A stretch of 64,000 bases of DNA from Octopus sinensis (GCF_006345805.1 NC_043005.1:22196001-22260000); one strand, 5' to 3'; positions 38,338 through 52,554 are shown, counted from the stretch's first letter. Translations and numbers: made by a program. Notes: a model not told the origin generated them from the letters alone.

Positions 38338-39886
38338 TGGAATATTTTCGTTATATACAACGAATGAATGTTGAGTAAGTTATCTTGCAAATTTAATTGA
38401 CTAGGTTTCTATGTATGCACAAAGTTCTAACACTGGTATTTCAAGTTATGTTCACATCCCAATACAAGAGTGACGAAATATTCATGCCTTGCGTCATGAA
38501 GAGAAAACCGAATTCCTAAAAGAATGAACGGAGACATGTTAATGGATACCATGTCTGTATGTTAAGTTCGCTTCACATGTAGTTATGAAGCAAACTTCTT
38601 AAGTAAGTGGTTTGGGGTTTGGATTCCTCTGAATAGCACCTTTCGCAAGTGCCTTTTGCCATAGCTTCTAGTCGACAAAAGCCTTATGTGCATAATTTGG
38701 TAGATAGAATCTATGTGGAAGCTTGTCCCAGTCCTTAGGTGGTAAACTTAATTTTATCGTTCATCATATCTCCGGTCTGAGGGCAACATTTTCCTTGCAG
38801 TCACGAAGACTATGACAAAGGTCATAGATGTTATCTTGTCACTTCTGACTATTCCTTTAATAAAAACGCACCGACGTTTGGTGCAATCGTCTGATTTAGA
38901 GACCATGTGTAGTTCTAATTCATAGGTAACCAATGAAACCTAGTTTGATCGAAATTGTGTTTCTTCAAATGTCAGATCTGTGTGTTTCCCTTACAGGACT
39001 TTGACCCCCCAAATTATCGTTGTTGTTTAGTCCCATAACAGCTCTTATCGAGCAAGACCTATAATGAAAGACGTCCCTGTTGTGATAATGTCATCTTTTC
39101 AAGTATAGCATATCTAGGATGTAATTCACCATATTTCCACCAATCGGACGGCCGCATAGAAACTCCAAAGCAAAACTAGAAATACTTTCTTGCATATAAC
39201 TAATTTATTATTCAAATATTCTGTTGTTACTGACAAGAAACAGTTCAACAAAATGTTTCAGCTAAAGAAAAAAAAACAAACACCATTAGCCAAGTGAACA
39301 CGCACGCGCGTGCGTGGTTGTGTGTGCCCTTAATAGTTTTTCCAGTCACTCGAATCATGTCTTTTACCACTTAAAGTTTACCAAAATTACTACTTAAACC
39401 AGCAAAAAAAAAAAAAAATCGCCCCTAAGAAGCAAAAAACAATAGTAAAAAGAATAGCTGCCAAATCTCCCTCCAATTATGCACAGCTGTGTTAAGTAAT
39501 GAGAAGGTACATTTGATAATGTAGTCCTTGGTACATTCTTTCTGAATAAAAGATGGGATGGTCATTGTTAAAACGTCTTTGATTATAGAAGCTTGGAACA
39601 GAGCTAACCAAAAAAGCGAAGGGTAAAAAAATTGTTGTCCTAGATCAGGGCTGCCCAACCTGAAGCCCACTGGCGGCTGGCGGTTCGCTTGATACTTTCT
39701 TGAAATGGCTTGATTTAAACAAACATTAAAAATTTTTTATCAAAAATTAAAGATTGTAATGAAAAGTAAGAAAAAAAAAAAGGTACTACTGTTTTTGCAA
39801 CGATAATATTTCATGTTGAATCAACGATCATTCATTTATTATTGTAATAAAAGCAAAATGCTTACAATTCTGTCAACAGTGCTCTG

Positions 39887-40089
39887 GGATCTTTTCATTT
39901 TGAAGGCCAGATTTTCCTAGTTAACTAAACAATTTGAAACTTCGTATACTGGTAGATTGTGTCAAAAGAAAACATTATTGTAAACCAAAATGAAAACGGA
40001 ATTGTAATTTCTAAGTTTAATTTCTAATTTCAAATTATTTAGTTAACTAGAAAAATCTGAAAAATATGGCCTTCAGAATGAAAAGATCC
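39887..40089. mobile_element. MITE of the GGATCTTTT family with 8-bp TSD
   Basis: GGATCTTTTCATTTTGAAGGCCA at the left and TGGCCTTCAGAATGAAAAGATCC at the right. Flanks are gtgctctg and gtgctcta. Contains the shared aaacttcgtatactggtaga motif. Confidence 0.85.
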
Positions 40090-43000
40090 GTGCTCTATTC
40101 TCGAAGCACGCGTATGTAGTTTGCAAGTGTTAATTGAACATCTTTTTCGCTATCTTTTAAAATTCATAAGTGGTAATAAAGTAATAGCCTACAATTTTAT
40201 AATTTTAAACAAACGACAAGTATGAAAAATTCTTGATTCTGTAATTTGATTATTTGACTATAAGTGCATAAAGTATACAAGCAACCCTCAGAAAACTTTC
40301 TGTGATTAAAGTGGTCCACAATGTAATTCCAGTTGGCCAGGCCTGTCCCAGATACATTATGTCTATATGAAAGATAGGATGGGCACGGCCGAAACACGTG
40401 TTGATAGGTTTGTTTGATTAAGAGTGACTACGGGCTAGCTGTGAAAAACAAGGACAAATTAGTTGATATAGTCTTAAATATATTGTGTGAATAAAAGACG
40501 AGATGGTTATCTCTTGGTACATCTGTCATTATAGAGATAGAATCGGAGAAAATAGATGATTCTGCACACTGGGGGGGGGTTATTCACAGCCCCCCCCCCA
40601 ACAAAACATTTTCATTGGAAGGGCCCCGAGCGAAACGTCAGAAATCACCTCTCCATGAATGTTATTAGTTATAAACTTTAGGTATGTACATGTATATTCA
40701 TGGTGATTGACAATCTACGGCCGCAATGCTTCACTTCAGTAGCAGTACTGGACGATGTCACTGGCGGCAAAACACGAAAAATATTGGAAACACAATGGGG
40801 TACGGTAAACACCGAAGCCGAAAAGCATTCACATTTTAATCGCGTACTAAAATAACAACACAAACCCAAAGGCCAAATAAAGGCAGCATGTAACCTTATA
40901 ACCAAAGACTGGCTAAAGGTAATATTAGTAGAGACCAGCAGGCCTTTGAATACGACCCCCTCTACAAAGCCCTAAAGTATAGGAGTTAAAACTTAGTTGA
41001 CAGTAAAAACATACATGCATACGATGAAAATGGAACTATAATTGATGAAACAACAAAGCTAAAAGCGAGAACTTAGTAGTTATGTCTAGACTTAAACTGC
41101 AGGTTGTTACATATCTACTACTACTATTACTAATACAACTACTACTTCCTAATGATGCGTCACACAGTTGCATTCCAACTCTAGTAAACTTCTCAGGGCT
41201 ATTGTCTCACTCTCGTCACTCCTACACTCGCCCACTCACTATAACCTCACTTCTATCCTCTCACGCGCTCTCTCCCTCTGAATACGCCCGCGCACACTCT
41301 CACACACACGCGCGCTCGCGCGCGTATGTATGTACACACAATACCTTGTCGTCCTCTCATCTCCCTCCCTTCGTCTTTACCCAGCTCATTTCTCCTCATC
41401 ACTGAAAAACCATCTCCATCCTTGTTTATCTTTTAATCGTCTCTCTTTTCCCTCTCTCTATACTTTTCTTGCTATATCTATTTTTGGTTGCTTGCCCGTC
41501 ATTATTTTTAATTGTCTGTCTCTACCTCATACCTCAACTTTCTCTTTTCTCAAAGCTTTTTTGATCTGCCTCCTCTATTACAATTTTCTTTCTCTCTCAC
41601 TATTTTCTCTCCCCACTCTTTCCGTCTCCCTCTGTGTCAATTTTTACCTCTCTTTCTTTCCCTCTCTGCTTCTGTCTCAACTTCTTTCTCTAGTTTATCT
41701 CCCCCCACTAACTCTATTACACTGTTAATATAGACAATTGTTAGATTTAGTCATCTCCCTTTACGTAACTTCTATATTTTACTCTGTATCTCTTCCTTAT
41801 CCTCTTTCATTCAAACATTCACTGTTGTTTCTTTCTCTCTCTCTCTCTCTTCCGCTATATATACATAAACCAATCACTCTATCAAACGTTTCTTCGTCAT
41901 ACGCTTTTTCTTTCATTCTCTCATTACTTCATCAACTGCTTCTTTCGTGCGGGATACTCCACAACTTCAAGGCATAAAAATACATAATTCTGTATATATT
42001 ATATGTGCATTTGTATGTTGTAGTATGTTAAATAAGTGAAACAATTTATACAAAAAAAAAAAGGAAAAAAAAAGATAATATAAATTATATATTGTCGACC
42101 GCCTGCTGCTGAAGCACGGGTGACCAAAATTTATGACAACAGAGATTAGTCATTTATCAAAAATTTCACTGCAGAACTATAGAACTCGGACCACCTTGCC
42201 GAGAGAATTTTGTTTCTCGCAATTATTACATCTTCCGAACTTCATAACTGAATGCCGTGATGCCAATACCCGTAATTAATGAGGGATAATTTACAATAAT
42301 AATTATTATATAGTATTATCATATGCCTTTAGTAGAAGGCATGAAACTCACTACTTCCAATCACTCCCACTCTCCTTTGAATTCAAGAGCGGAACCATCT
42401 ATCTTACCAAAAGAAAACACGTGTGTGTAGATCGAACATAACTATTGACAAGAAAAGAGATCCCTTATTTATGTTTATAGATAATTCTATTTACTCGGAT
42501 TTGTACTTTTAAACAAGGAAGCTAAACTAGATTGTTTAATCAGTGGTAGTACACGGGATATGAAAACATTACGAAGAAATATTTAAGTACTGTGAAAGTA
42601 TACTGCTCACGTAAGTTTTTTTCCTCTTAATATTACCAATTAAATCGGTACACATTAAGTTTTTTGCACTAAACTTAAGTATATTAAGTATAAGATAAAT
42701 GTTTAGATAAATAAGAAACATTATTTTATTATGATACATATAATTATGTATAATATTTTGCTCAACTTCCGAACCTCTGAATTATCAATATTTTCACCAA
42801 TTTTCTAATTTACAAGGCGAAGTATTTTCCCTTACTTTAATCCCGGCCCTTGTTCAAGTTTGGTGTCCCAAACCAAAATATTGACTTCAAAATCATCATC
42901 TGGTGGTTTGCATCTCGTAATTGTATCTTCACTTATCTTATCCTTTATTCTTTCTCTTTGTCTCTTATTCCTAATATAGCCACCTCGGTTGCGCGTGTGT

Positions 43001-46000
43001 ATATGATTTCTTTGAATCGCCATTTAAAGGGGAGGGGGTATAAACGAGATTATGTGACATTCGTGCCTTTCTCACTGCTTCTTCGTAGAGTAGTGATTGA
43101 GAGAGTTGCCTTAGTCGACAAGCAAAAGATCAGCAGTTCGATTTTCGTGAGAGCGCAAGTTTTGATTTTCCAAAAATTTAATATTCATGATTTCTAGTTA
43201 TAGCACAAGTGTCACATTTTGGAAGAATAGTGTGGATTCTGTATGTGACATAAGTACATAGTTGCTTTGGGGCCGTACCATTCTCCGTTCTGCTACTACT
43301 GTATAGTAGTAGTAGTAGTAATAATAATTCTTTCTTTAATTGCCTTATGTGAAAAGACGGAAAACATTACAATTTGTTTACAATGCTATACGAATGAAAG
43401 GGATTTAGTTTTGGCCTTTAATACGTTCTGAATTCAAATTCCTCCTAACTCAATTTTGCCTTTCATCCTTCCGGAGGTCGATAAAAATAAGGTATCAGTC
43501 AAGTACTATGATGAATTTATTATTCTTGTAAAGAATCCTAAAGGCGAATGGAATTATAAAAGCAGACGCTTGGTGCAGTAAGAAGTTTTCTATCGACAAG
43601 CCAAGTTTTCGTTTCGATCCGCAACAAAAGTATTTCACTTACGTCTGTAATTCAATCGAGGAAATACAACACAACTTCCTTTTCCAAAATCAATAAGACT
43701 GGTATTTTCTCGTCTCAAAACATTAATTAGGGAAATTAACAACAGTGGGAATTGAACAAGGATTGGAGTAAGACCAACAAAATACTGTAATTGCTTTTAT
43801 TCTAGTATCCTCCGTTTCTAATTAACTATCTACGACGGATAAACTAATCTGCGGTATTTAGTTAAACAGACTCTGATTTTGAATCCTGCCAAAATCGACT
43901 TCATTTTTCGTCCCTCTTGGCTAAGTAAAATAATTACTGGGTTCCATAAAAAATCGACTGTTCTTTTCCTCAGTTTGTGGCCGTGTGCCAATCTTGCAAA
44001 CTATTACTATTATTATTCGAGCGTTATCAAATTAGGCATTCGTTACACCAAAAACTTTTCTTATTCGAGTTAGGTTTTTTTTTTAATTTCTCAAATGGAC
44101 TTTTTGCAAAAAGTTTTATCAAAATACCATTATTAATTGGTACTATTCTTTGGGTTAACCTGTCTTAATTCCGTATGTGGCGTTGTTTAGCATTAGTTAA
44201 TTAGACAACGCATGTTAAAGTAAACAACGCAGGTTAGAATTTTTTTCCCCTTCAGGAATACGATGTTATCAACGAAGTGTCGCCTATAGCAAATTATCAA
44301 ATTGAGACGGATAAATGAAAGGTTAAATTAAATTCAAAATAAAACATCTAAACGTAAATATCGGCACAAGACCACAAAATTTCAAGTTAACGATTATTTA
44401 TTCCATTCAGATTGGAAGAAGGAATGCGATCTCTGTGTACTTTAAACTCAGAACGTGGATAGATGAGAATGTTATTAATCTTTGGCATTTATTCTATCGT
44501 CCACCCACCCCACCGACAGTGATTTTTAACTGTGGGACTGGGTCATTTCGAAGGGGAGGGAAGAGTACAGCCAGCTGAATTCTCCATATAAAAGTAGACT
44601 ACTAGATGCGAGGAAGAAATGGTGGGCTGTTTTGGTAAAATAATTTTTAAAAATAAATGTGTGCTTCGTGAAAGGAATTCCAAAATTCAAAAGATGGAAA
44701 TGTGAAAGACAGACTGATGACCGAAAATGTTTCAGCTCTGACCATCCAGTCTTATTTTTAGGCATAATATATCTAGGAATATATTATTCTGTGCTTTTGG
44801 TTGCTATTTATTGCTAGTGGTTCACTTAACGTAGAAGTTTTTTTTCTTTTGCTCTATTCCTTTACATTATTTATACTTATTGAGCCCAGAGGTGTGGTAT
44901 ATTTAGAGAGAAGTAAATAGTCTTTCACATTCTACAGTTTCAGCTATTGCATTGCTTTTTCTTTCTTTTTTCTTAAACGCAAATTTACAATTACGTGAAG
45001 AATTCAATGATAAAACTCGACAGACGGTAGCAAGAATTATTTTCCGTCTACTGACGTGGTATTTTGAGAATTTCTTTGATAGAAGCAGGCAAGGCAATAG
45101 ACATTCTTTAATCTTTACCCTACCTATCATAAACAGATGCTACACGAACAAATGAAGGAGTTAATATAGTCGGGCGTAGAAGTAGTAGTCAAATCTATAA
45201 ATTCAATCCTTATTATCCCGAAAACGGGAAGGACACATGGTAGTTCGCGATACCATTAAAAATCAAAATCAATTTTGATTGAAACGTCTTTAAACATAGC
45301 CTGCTCAATCTGAGATGATCTGGGACTAAACAATAAATGTTTTTATTTCATTATGATTGCTTTTTTTTCTTATATATATTGACATCCATTTATAGATATC
45401 TATACGTATGAAAGTAAATTATTTATCCATTTCCTAACGGCACTTTGTTTATTCTCCAGATCAGGCCGAAAGATCGCCATCAGGCCTTGGTTGAGCAGAC
45501 CTATGATTAAAGGCACTTCAGCTGTGGCCATCCCGTCTATTTCTGCTAGAACTACGTTGATCAATATATTCCTTCATTTTAAGACGCAAAGTTGTGATTT
45601 GAGGGAGTTTAGCTATTATTTCTAGCATATTGAGTGACCGTGTAGACACTCGGCTGCTTACATTTATGCTTGCATCTATTTCTATTTTGGTAACTCTCTT
45701 TTATAGATTTTATGGATTCCATATTTTAATTGATTTCTATTTTGTTTCTGCCTCCTCACTTGATACGTGTATATGTACTCTTGTGTGTGTATACAAACTG
45801 ATAAGAAAACACGTGCGCGACACGCACGCCAGACACGAAAACTCACATACGTCATCATCATAGTCATTAGATAATATTCTTTTATTCGTTTCAGTCATTT
45901 GACTGCGGCTATGCTGGAGTACCGCAACAAAAACTCAGATGGATCCCCAAGGGCTATATGGGCCTCAGGTTGAGAAACACTAGTTTAAACTGATACAAAT

Positions 46001-46099
46001 TTCACACCACATCTAGGTTGAAAGATCACAGAGTAAGAAATTCAACTCAAACAGTAGCCAAATATTTAGTTTAAATATATGCATGTGTGTATGCATATT

Positions 46100-46460
46100 C
46101 TTTTATTTGTTTCAGTCATTTGACTGTGGCCATACTGGAGCACCGCCTTTAGTCGCAGAAATCGACCCCAGGATTTGTTCTTTGTAAGTCTAGTACTTAT
46201 TCTATCGGTCTTTTTGCCGAACCACTAAGTTACGGGTATGTAAACACACCAACACCAGTTGTCAAGCGAGGGTGGGGGGACAAACACACACACACACAGA
46301 CAGACACACACACACACATACATATATACGACGGGCTTCTTTCAGTTTCTGTCTACCAAATCCACTCACAAGGCTTTGGTTGGCTCGAGACTAAAGTAGA
46401 AGACACTTGCCCAAGGTGCCACACCGTGGGACTGAACCCGGAACCATGTTGTTGGTAAGC
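46100..46460 (-). mobile_element. Near full-length tRNA-derived SINE with internal (CA)n
   Basis: Minus-strand head GCTTACCAAC..GGTTCCGGGTTCAGTCCCAC (B-box). Body is nearly identical to 33145-33385. Confidence 0.88.
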
Positions 46461-47689
46461 GAGGAGAATTGGAAATTCTTTCGTTTTGTGATCACAAAAG
46501 AAAGTGTTAAAATATCGTAAGCAATTGGCATTAAAAAGATTTTTGAGAATCATAATCTCTGTATTTTTAAATGTGAATTTGAAAGAATAACGAGGAAAAT
46601 AAAAGTCAAAAGCAAAAAATAAGGAAAGGGAAAATTTAAAATTTTGTAACATTTTTGGAGGTTGGAAATCATAATTTCTTGGATCCAAAGAAATTTCCGA
46701 AGAAAGAAAGAAAAAAACCCAAAAAGTCAGGTGGCTGGCTGTTTAATGCATCTGCTTGGAGATCGCTAAATAGTGCCGGTATTCCCACTTTCATTTTGTG
46801 ATAATAAAACGAAAGAATACTGTAGCAAAGTTTTCAAAATTTCTATGGGAAGTTGCCTACTGAATAGAATATGCTTACTGAAGAAGTCTAATAAGATCGA
46901 AGTATGATCATTACTTTTAGCGTTAAAGATATCCTCTCCTACATGTATTTATTTTCCAAATATTTCAATTAGCCAGTCTTATTGGAGTTATTTTCCTAGT
47001 ATATTTTCAGATTTTAAACACCTGTAGAGAGGGATTTTTTCTACTAATTGCATGGATAATATCTGTTAAATGACGTTTTTCAGCTGACGTTACACATGCA
47101 ACACTCTATGTGCATATAGTATACAGATGTTCACTGAAAGTATTATTCCCTGGCCATATTGCTGATACAAAAATAACTGCTGTCAGATCTTTGAAAACAA
47201 GAAAACAAAATAAAACTCACATTACCCTCCAAAAATACTGTTCTTATTAGGAAAAGCAGAAACAACACAGCTTTCAATTTTTTTTTTCGTAAAAATTCCC
47301 AACTCCATGCTTTTGTTAGAAGATTAAATAAGCTGTTATGAAAAGATAATTATTTTCAAACATTTGACTAATTTGTTAAAGTGAATAGAGCTGTCAGTTT
47401 TGTCTATGCACTTTAAATCATCTAACTTAATTTACATCAGTCTCTCACTAAAATTGATAAAATGAGACTGTAGCTTTATAACACATTTCCTCATCTGATA
47501 ATTTTCATTAATAAATAAAATACATTACACTAAAGAACTTTGTTTTTCTTTTGACCTAGAGAAAAGAGAATTCATGGTCTTCACAGGCTGTCTGATATCA
47601 GAGATTGATGCGTCTAACATTCTTGTAATATTGCAAGTTGACAAACGCATTATATATAGGAAAGGAATTGTAGAGGGTTGATGTTCAGA

Positions 47690-48950
47690 GGTGGAAGGAC
47701 TAAGTATAGTGGTTTGTGTGCAATAATGGTATTGGTAGAAAGAGGAAGAGAAATGAATGAACTGACCAGTTCTGAGAAAGTAGAGGCTTCTAGTTGTGGT
47801 AGGAAAGGCAGAGAGGAGAAACAGTATATCTCTGGGTCAGAAGTTAGTGTTTGAGTGATCTCATGTTAATTCAGTAGGCTTTTTTTTTTTTTAGTGTAGT
47901 CTAGAATGCCTGTATGTGCAATAGCATACCATCCCAGAGGAAGGAGCACTATTCCATTATGAAGTACTTCTGAGTTTTATATGTTGTTTAATAGTTGTTG
48001 GGAATGTTATGCAATTTTCTAGCTCTGAAGAGAAAGGTTTGCCTTTGTATGCAGTTTTTGCTATGTTAAGAACATGCATTTGCCAAGTGAAATTCTCAGT
48101 GATAGTGAAGCATAGATTTGAAACTATTGTGAGGATTCTAGTTACATGCTATTCATATTTAGGGAAGGTGAAGTGTTATGTTTCCTTTATATGTACAGTA
48201 ATTGTATCACTTTGTGGTTGAGAGAGACAATATTGGTATGCCCCACTGGAAAATGCTTCTATGGTCTCTATCCACAGTCAGTTTAGGTTTGGCATGAGAT
48301 GTTTAGGTTGCAAGTGGATGACACTTGGATGTGGAAAATTACAGAAGAATGTAGAGATGTAAATTTGATGCAGTTGTGAGCATTGTTGAAGGAGATAGCA
48401 AATAGGTTATTAGTGTATAAGAAGAGTATAGAGAACAAATGCTGAACTGTGGGGATACTAGAGTTGATAGTGTGGCTCAGATAGAACTCTAAAAGCACAA
48501 ATTGTGATAATTTGATCTGAAAGGATTTGATGTAAAAGAAAGCACCTAAGATATGAAAGACTTAGTTATGTGCAGCACAAGGATGGCAACGTACAGTGCT
48601 TTCAGTAGAATGGAATGTGATAGGTTTAAATCCACAATGTTACACTAGTAATTCACAAACTGCAAAGGGGAAGCATAGGAAGCTTTATCATGAATATGGT
48701 AGAGATGTGTTAGAGAAAGAATCAAAGCTGAGAGCAAAAAACAAATCCTCAGCAAATAGTAAAACAGTTGAAGTTTTATTAATTGCTTTCAGCTTTGGCA
48801 CAATCTTTGCAACCACTGCAGCTTTCCCTAGTTTAGTGTTTACATACCTGAACATTTTCTAGAAGCATCATTGTTACTTAGCACTAAGTAGTTGTAATTT
48901 CCAATCAGCAGTTGACAAAGGGAATACCCTGCATTGTAAGCTGTGTATCT
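47690..48950 (-). mobile_element. Highly degenerate L2/CR1-like LINE RT fragment
   Basis: SIPTVQHLFSILFLYTNNL resembles the GVPQGS.L.PxLFxxYxND box; no intact frame. Confidence 0.45.
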
Positions 48951-49379
48951 AATGTTTTATATATATAATTATTTCTACTTTAGGCACAAGACCTGAAATT
49001 TTGGGGTTGTGTGGTAAGTCAATCAATCAACTGTAGTGCTCAGTTGGTACTTATTTTGTCAACCCCAAATAGATGAAAGTCAAAGTCAGCCTTAGTGGAA
49101 TTTGAACTCAGAATGTAAAGCTGGAAGAAATATCACTTAGCATTTTGTCCAGTGTCTTAATGATTATGCCAGCTCACCACCCTATGTTGTATATACATAA
49201 TTGTAGCAATAAAAATATGATAGTGCTAATCATGATCCTTAACTAGATTGAGCTAATAAGTATAGTACTCTGACTTTTCATGGAGGCTTCTGAGACTTGT
49301 AGGAGAAATGGAGAGGAAGGTTTCCTCATACCAAAGGTTCTGCCTGAATACTTGAAATAGAGTGGACTCAACTGAAGAC

Positions 49380-50270
49380 ATCCAATGTGTCAAGTGATGG
49401 TTTTAAACTGAGTGATGGATTAAGTCTACTATCCATGTAGTACTCTTGATGACAAAATCTATGTTAGAATATCTAAGGCTACAAATGCTTTTGGAAAATT
49501 TCCCCATCATTTGTACAATGAACACAGTGTCAGTCTGAAAGCTAAAATGAGTGTATACAAATCTTATATTTTGAGCACACTTTTGTACGGAGCAGAAACA
49601 TGGACTCTCTTTTACTACAGACGTATAAAAAACCATGAAACCCCTCACATGTGCTGTCTGTGTAATATCTGCAACATAAAATGGCAAGATAAGATATCAA
49701 ATGTCAGAATCTTACAAAAATGTGATATCTTCAGTATCCAAAGCATACTGCTTAGAATTCAGTGCAGATGGATAGGACATGTTGTTCAAATGAAAGACGA
49801 CTGCTTTCCAAAAATTCTTTTGTATAGCCAACAAGTGGAGGGATACTGTGGTAAAGGAAGACCTGTCCTTAGGTATAAGGATAAGTTGAAGTAATCACTA
49901 TGATCTCTACATCTTGGGAAAGTCATTGTCTCGATGGATCTACAAAGCATAAAATGTGTCATGATGCATCAAAACAATTTGAGTTGAAGAAACAGAACAT
50001 TAAAAGAATTATATCTACCATCAAGATACATTTGCCCAATCCCAGGCAAAATCAAAATCATCAGTGTCCTCATTGTGACTTCATAGCAAAATCTATACCT
50101 GGACTCAAATTACACTCATGCATCCATCACAAAAAGATGCAGCTTCTTTTGTTCTTTTCTTTTTAAGGTTGTTTTCTCTTTTTCCCACTTTTTCTTTTCT
50201 TTTTTCTTTAAGTCGTCTCTTTCAAACATTCATATGTAAAAATCAATGGGAGCGACCATCATTATTATTA
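49380..50270 (+). mobile_element. RTE (BovB-like) LINE 3' end with C2H2 finger
   Basis: KMSVYKSYILSTLLYGAETWT, RWIGHVVQMKDDCFPKILLY, GRPVLRYKDKLK and CPHCDFIAKSIPGLKLHSCIH, with an (ATT)n tail. Confidence 0.9.
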
Positions 50271-50329
50271 TTAATGTAAAAGATATGTATTAGCTGGCTT
50301 GGTAGGATGTCCTACAAAATGACCTCTCT

Positions 50330-51500
50330 TGATGGCACATCTGTTCATGGCTGCATGGCTCTCACTATCCATTCATCTCTATCTAGTTTTCTCTGTGACC
50401 AACCGAATACAGGGTATTTACTGTACCTTGTTAAAAACCTCCAGACTGATAAATGCTAGTTATGGCAGTACTCTTAATTAAGAACTTCTATAGTTGTCGC
50501 ATTAAGAAAAAGGCATCATTGATGCCCTTCTGGCAGTTGATGATGAGACTGCTACACCAATCATTGGATATGACACCTGATGTACTACCTGTTTAACTAT
50601 GCAAAGAATTAGCATTTACATGTCGTACTTCATTGGATATTTTCAGTATTCTCATTTATTATCCTTGATAGCCTAACTGCTTTCCCTGCCTTTATATTTT
50701 TAATCATGCTTTTCATCATATAGATGTCAATATTAAGTGCTGCTCCCTCTGTTGAATATATGTGGGGTAAGCCCTTTTCTCTCTCATGCATTTCATTCAC
50801 CAGTCTCTTATAGTAACACTTCCAAACCTGTATCTTTTTGGTGTCTATGAGACTAAGTTTGCTACTATTATTCAGTACCCATTTTTGTTTCATCAAAATG
50901 TCTTGATGTGCATTGACACTATTTTACAGTACAGAATACCTCATATCTCTGATCTTCTTCTTGCAGAACCTTAGAAAATCTTTTACTTTGTATATTGAAT
51001 ATTGAGCTTATTTGCTATGTATACCTGATATCAATTTTGTTTTCTATCTGTCTGATAGTGTTTTTGCTTACTCTTTCTACCATTCTTTCCAGTTTTATCT
51101 CTTAACTTTTCTGATTCTATTTAAGATTTCATTCATTCTGTCACCATATTATGTTCTGTTTTATTGGAACTTTGCTTTTCCTACAGCATCCATTTACTCA
51201 TCTCTGCTCCATCATCTCTGCAATCTGGCAAGATCTATCTTTTATTATGCTAGCACTGATGATGACAGCCTTGAAGTTTTGTATCTGACCAGAGGAAAGG
51301 GGTTTCCAGTGGTTTGTGAGTTGTTTTCCTTGCTTCAGAAAGGAAGAGTGTTGTGCAATCATTTGATGATAGTTGATTCTCACAATTGGTCAACCCATGA
51401 TTGTGTGTCATACAAATATAAGTGTTAGTGTTATGTACACATTTAGGGTTTTTCATTGTATTTGTAACTATCATGATTTTGGCATAGTTTTATTGGCTTT
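50330..51500 (-). mobile_element. Degenerate RTE-like LINE internal fragment
   Basis: WKCYYKRLVN and KNIKAGKAVRLSRI (KAxGxxxI box), followed by a WCSSL..CxKG remnant. Confidence 0.55.
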
Positions 51501-52552
51501 TTGCCTTTCCTGTTGTGAACCACTTTACAATATAGATTAGATACATCTTATTGTGCTTCAAGCACTAGAGAGGTTGTCAAGTCAACCTAAAGTATTTTCT
51601 CTATACTATTAGTTTTTTTATTTGTTTTCATTCAGCGTTACTGTTCTCTTAGTGTACAGTCTTCATCTACTCCATCTAGAATTTCATTCAGTCATTGCTC
51701 TCCTAGTTAGATAGGGAGAATGCTATAAGAGAGGTCTGTACATAGAGGAGGTAACATGTTTGTAGACAAAAATAGATACTAATAAATAAGATGATGATGA
51801 GGATAATTGTTTTTAATTTAGGAACAAGGCCAGTAGTTTTGAGGAGATGGAATAGTTGATACCATTATACTCTAGTACTTGACCGGCACTTTGTTTTATC
51901 AATCCTAAAAGGATGAAAAGCAAATAATTATCTTAGCAGGATTTGAGCTCAGCGTATGACCTTGCAAGTTGGGCCCAGTTAGAATTTTCTTTAAGTCAAG
52001 TAGCCAATCCCGTTCAAAAGGTCCCTGAATAAGGGTTGTTTAAGGATGTTGAACGAAACACTTATGTTTCCAGAGATGAATTATTCAAACCCCATAGAAT
52101 CCCTCTCAACACATGGCTATGATGCTCCCCCACTACTTCTGCTCATGATCAGAAATGCACATATTGTCAGCAACCAAGGGACATGCTGAACTGGTTAAGG
52201 TCAAATAACTGACAAGCAAATTTGTTGTATTGAACAGAATATTTACTGTAGCCCATTATTATTATTTGTAATCCCTACTAGAAGGATTACAAAGATATGA
52301 CAAAACAAAATCTGTCAAGAGTGAGTCACTCACAGCTGATTTAAAGTTATATTTGTTTTATTAGTCAGCTGGTGGTGGTGTTTACATCCTCATGTGTTCT
52401 CAGTCATCGGTCAACCACGTCCATAACCCAGTTTCAAAGATTTCATTTAATTCATTTAGGCAGGACATGTTTCTTTCTTCACTTAACTAAATTTGTTTTC
52501 TAGACAACTGTCAGTGGGCTTGTTGGTTTTTTCTTTCTCAGATTGGTACTTT

Positions 52553-52554
<2 letters not shown>

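Noticed and set aside
41082-41977. Several Leu/Ser/Phe-rich ORFs
   Set aside because: Pyrimidine-rich low-complexity DNA with no domain signal.
44714-44736. CTGATGA-cc-GAAA hammerhead core
   Set aside because: Only 2 nt lie between the boxes, so stem II cannot form, and stem I does not pair convincingly.
46400-46460. tRNA gene
   Set aside because: It is the tRNA-like head of a SINE with no complete cloverleaf. The same applies to other GGTTCA/GAGTTCAAAT boxes in the window.
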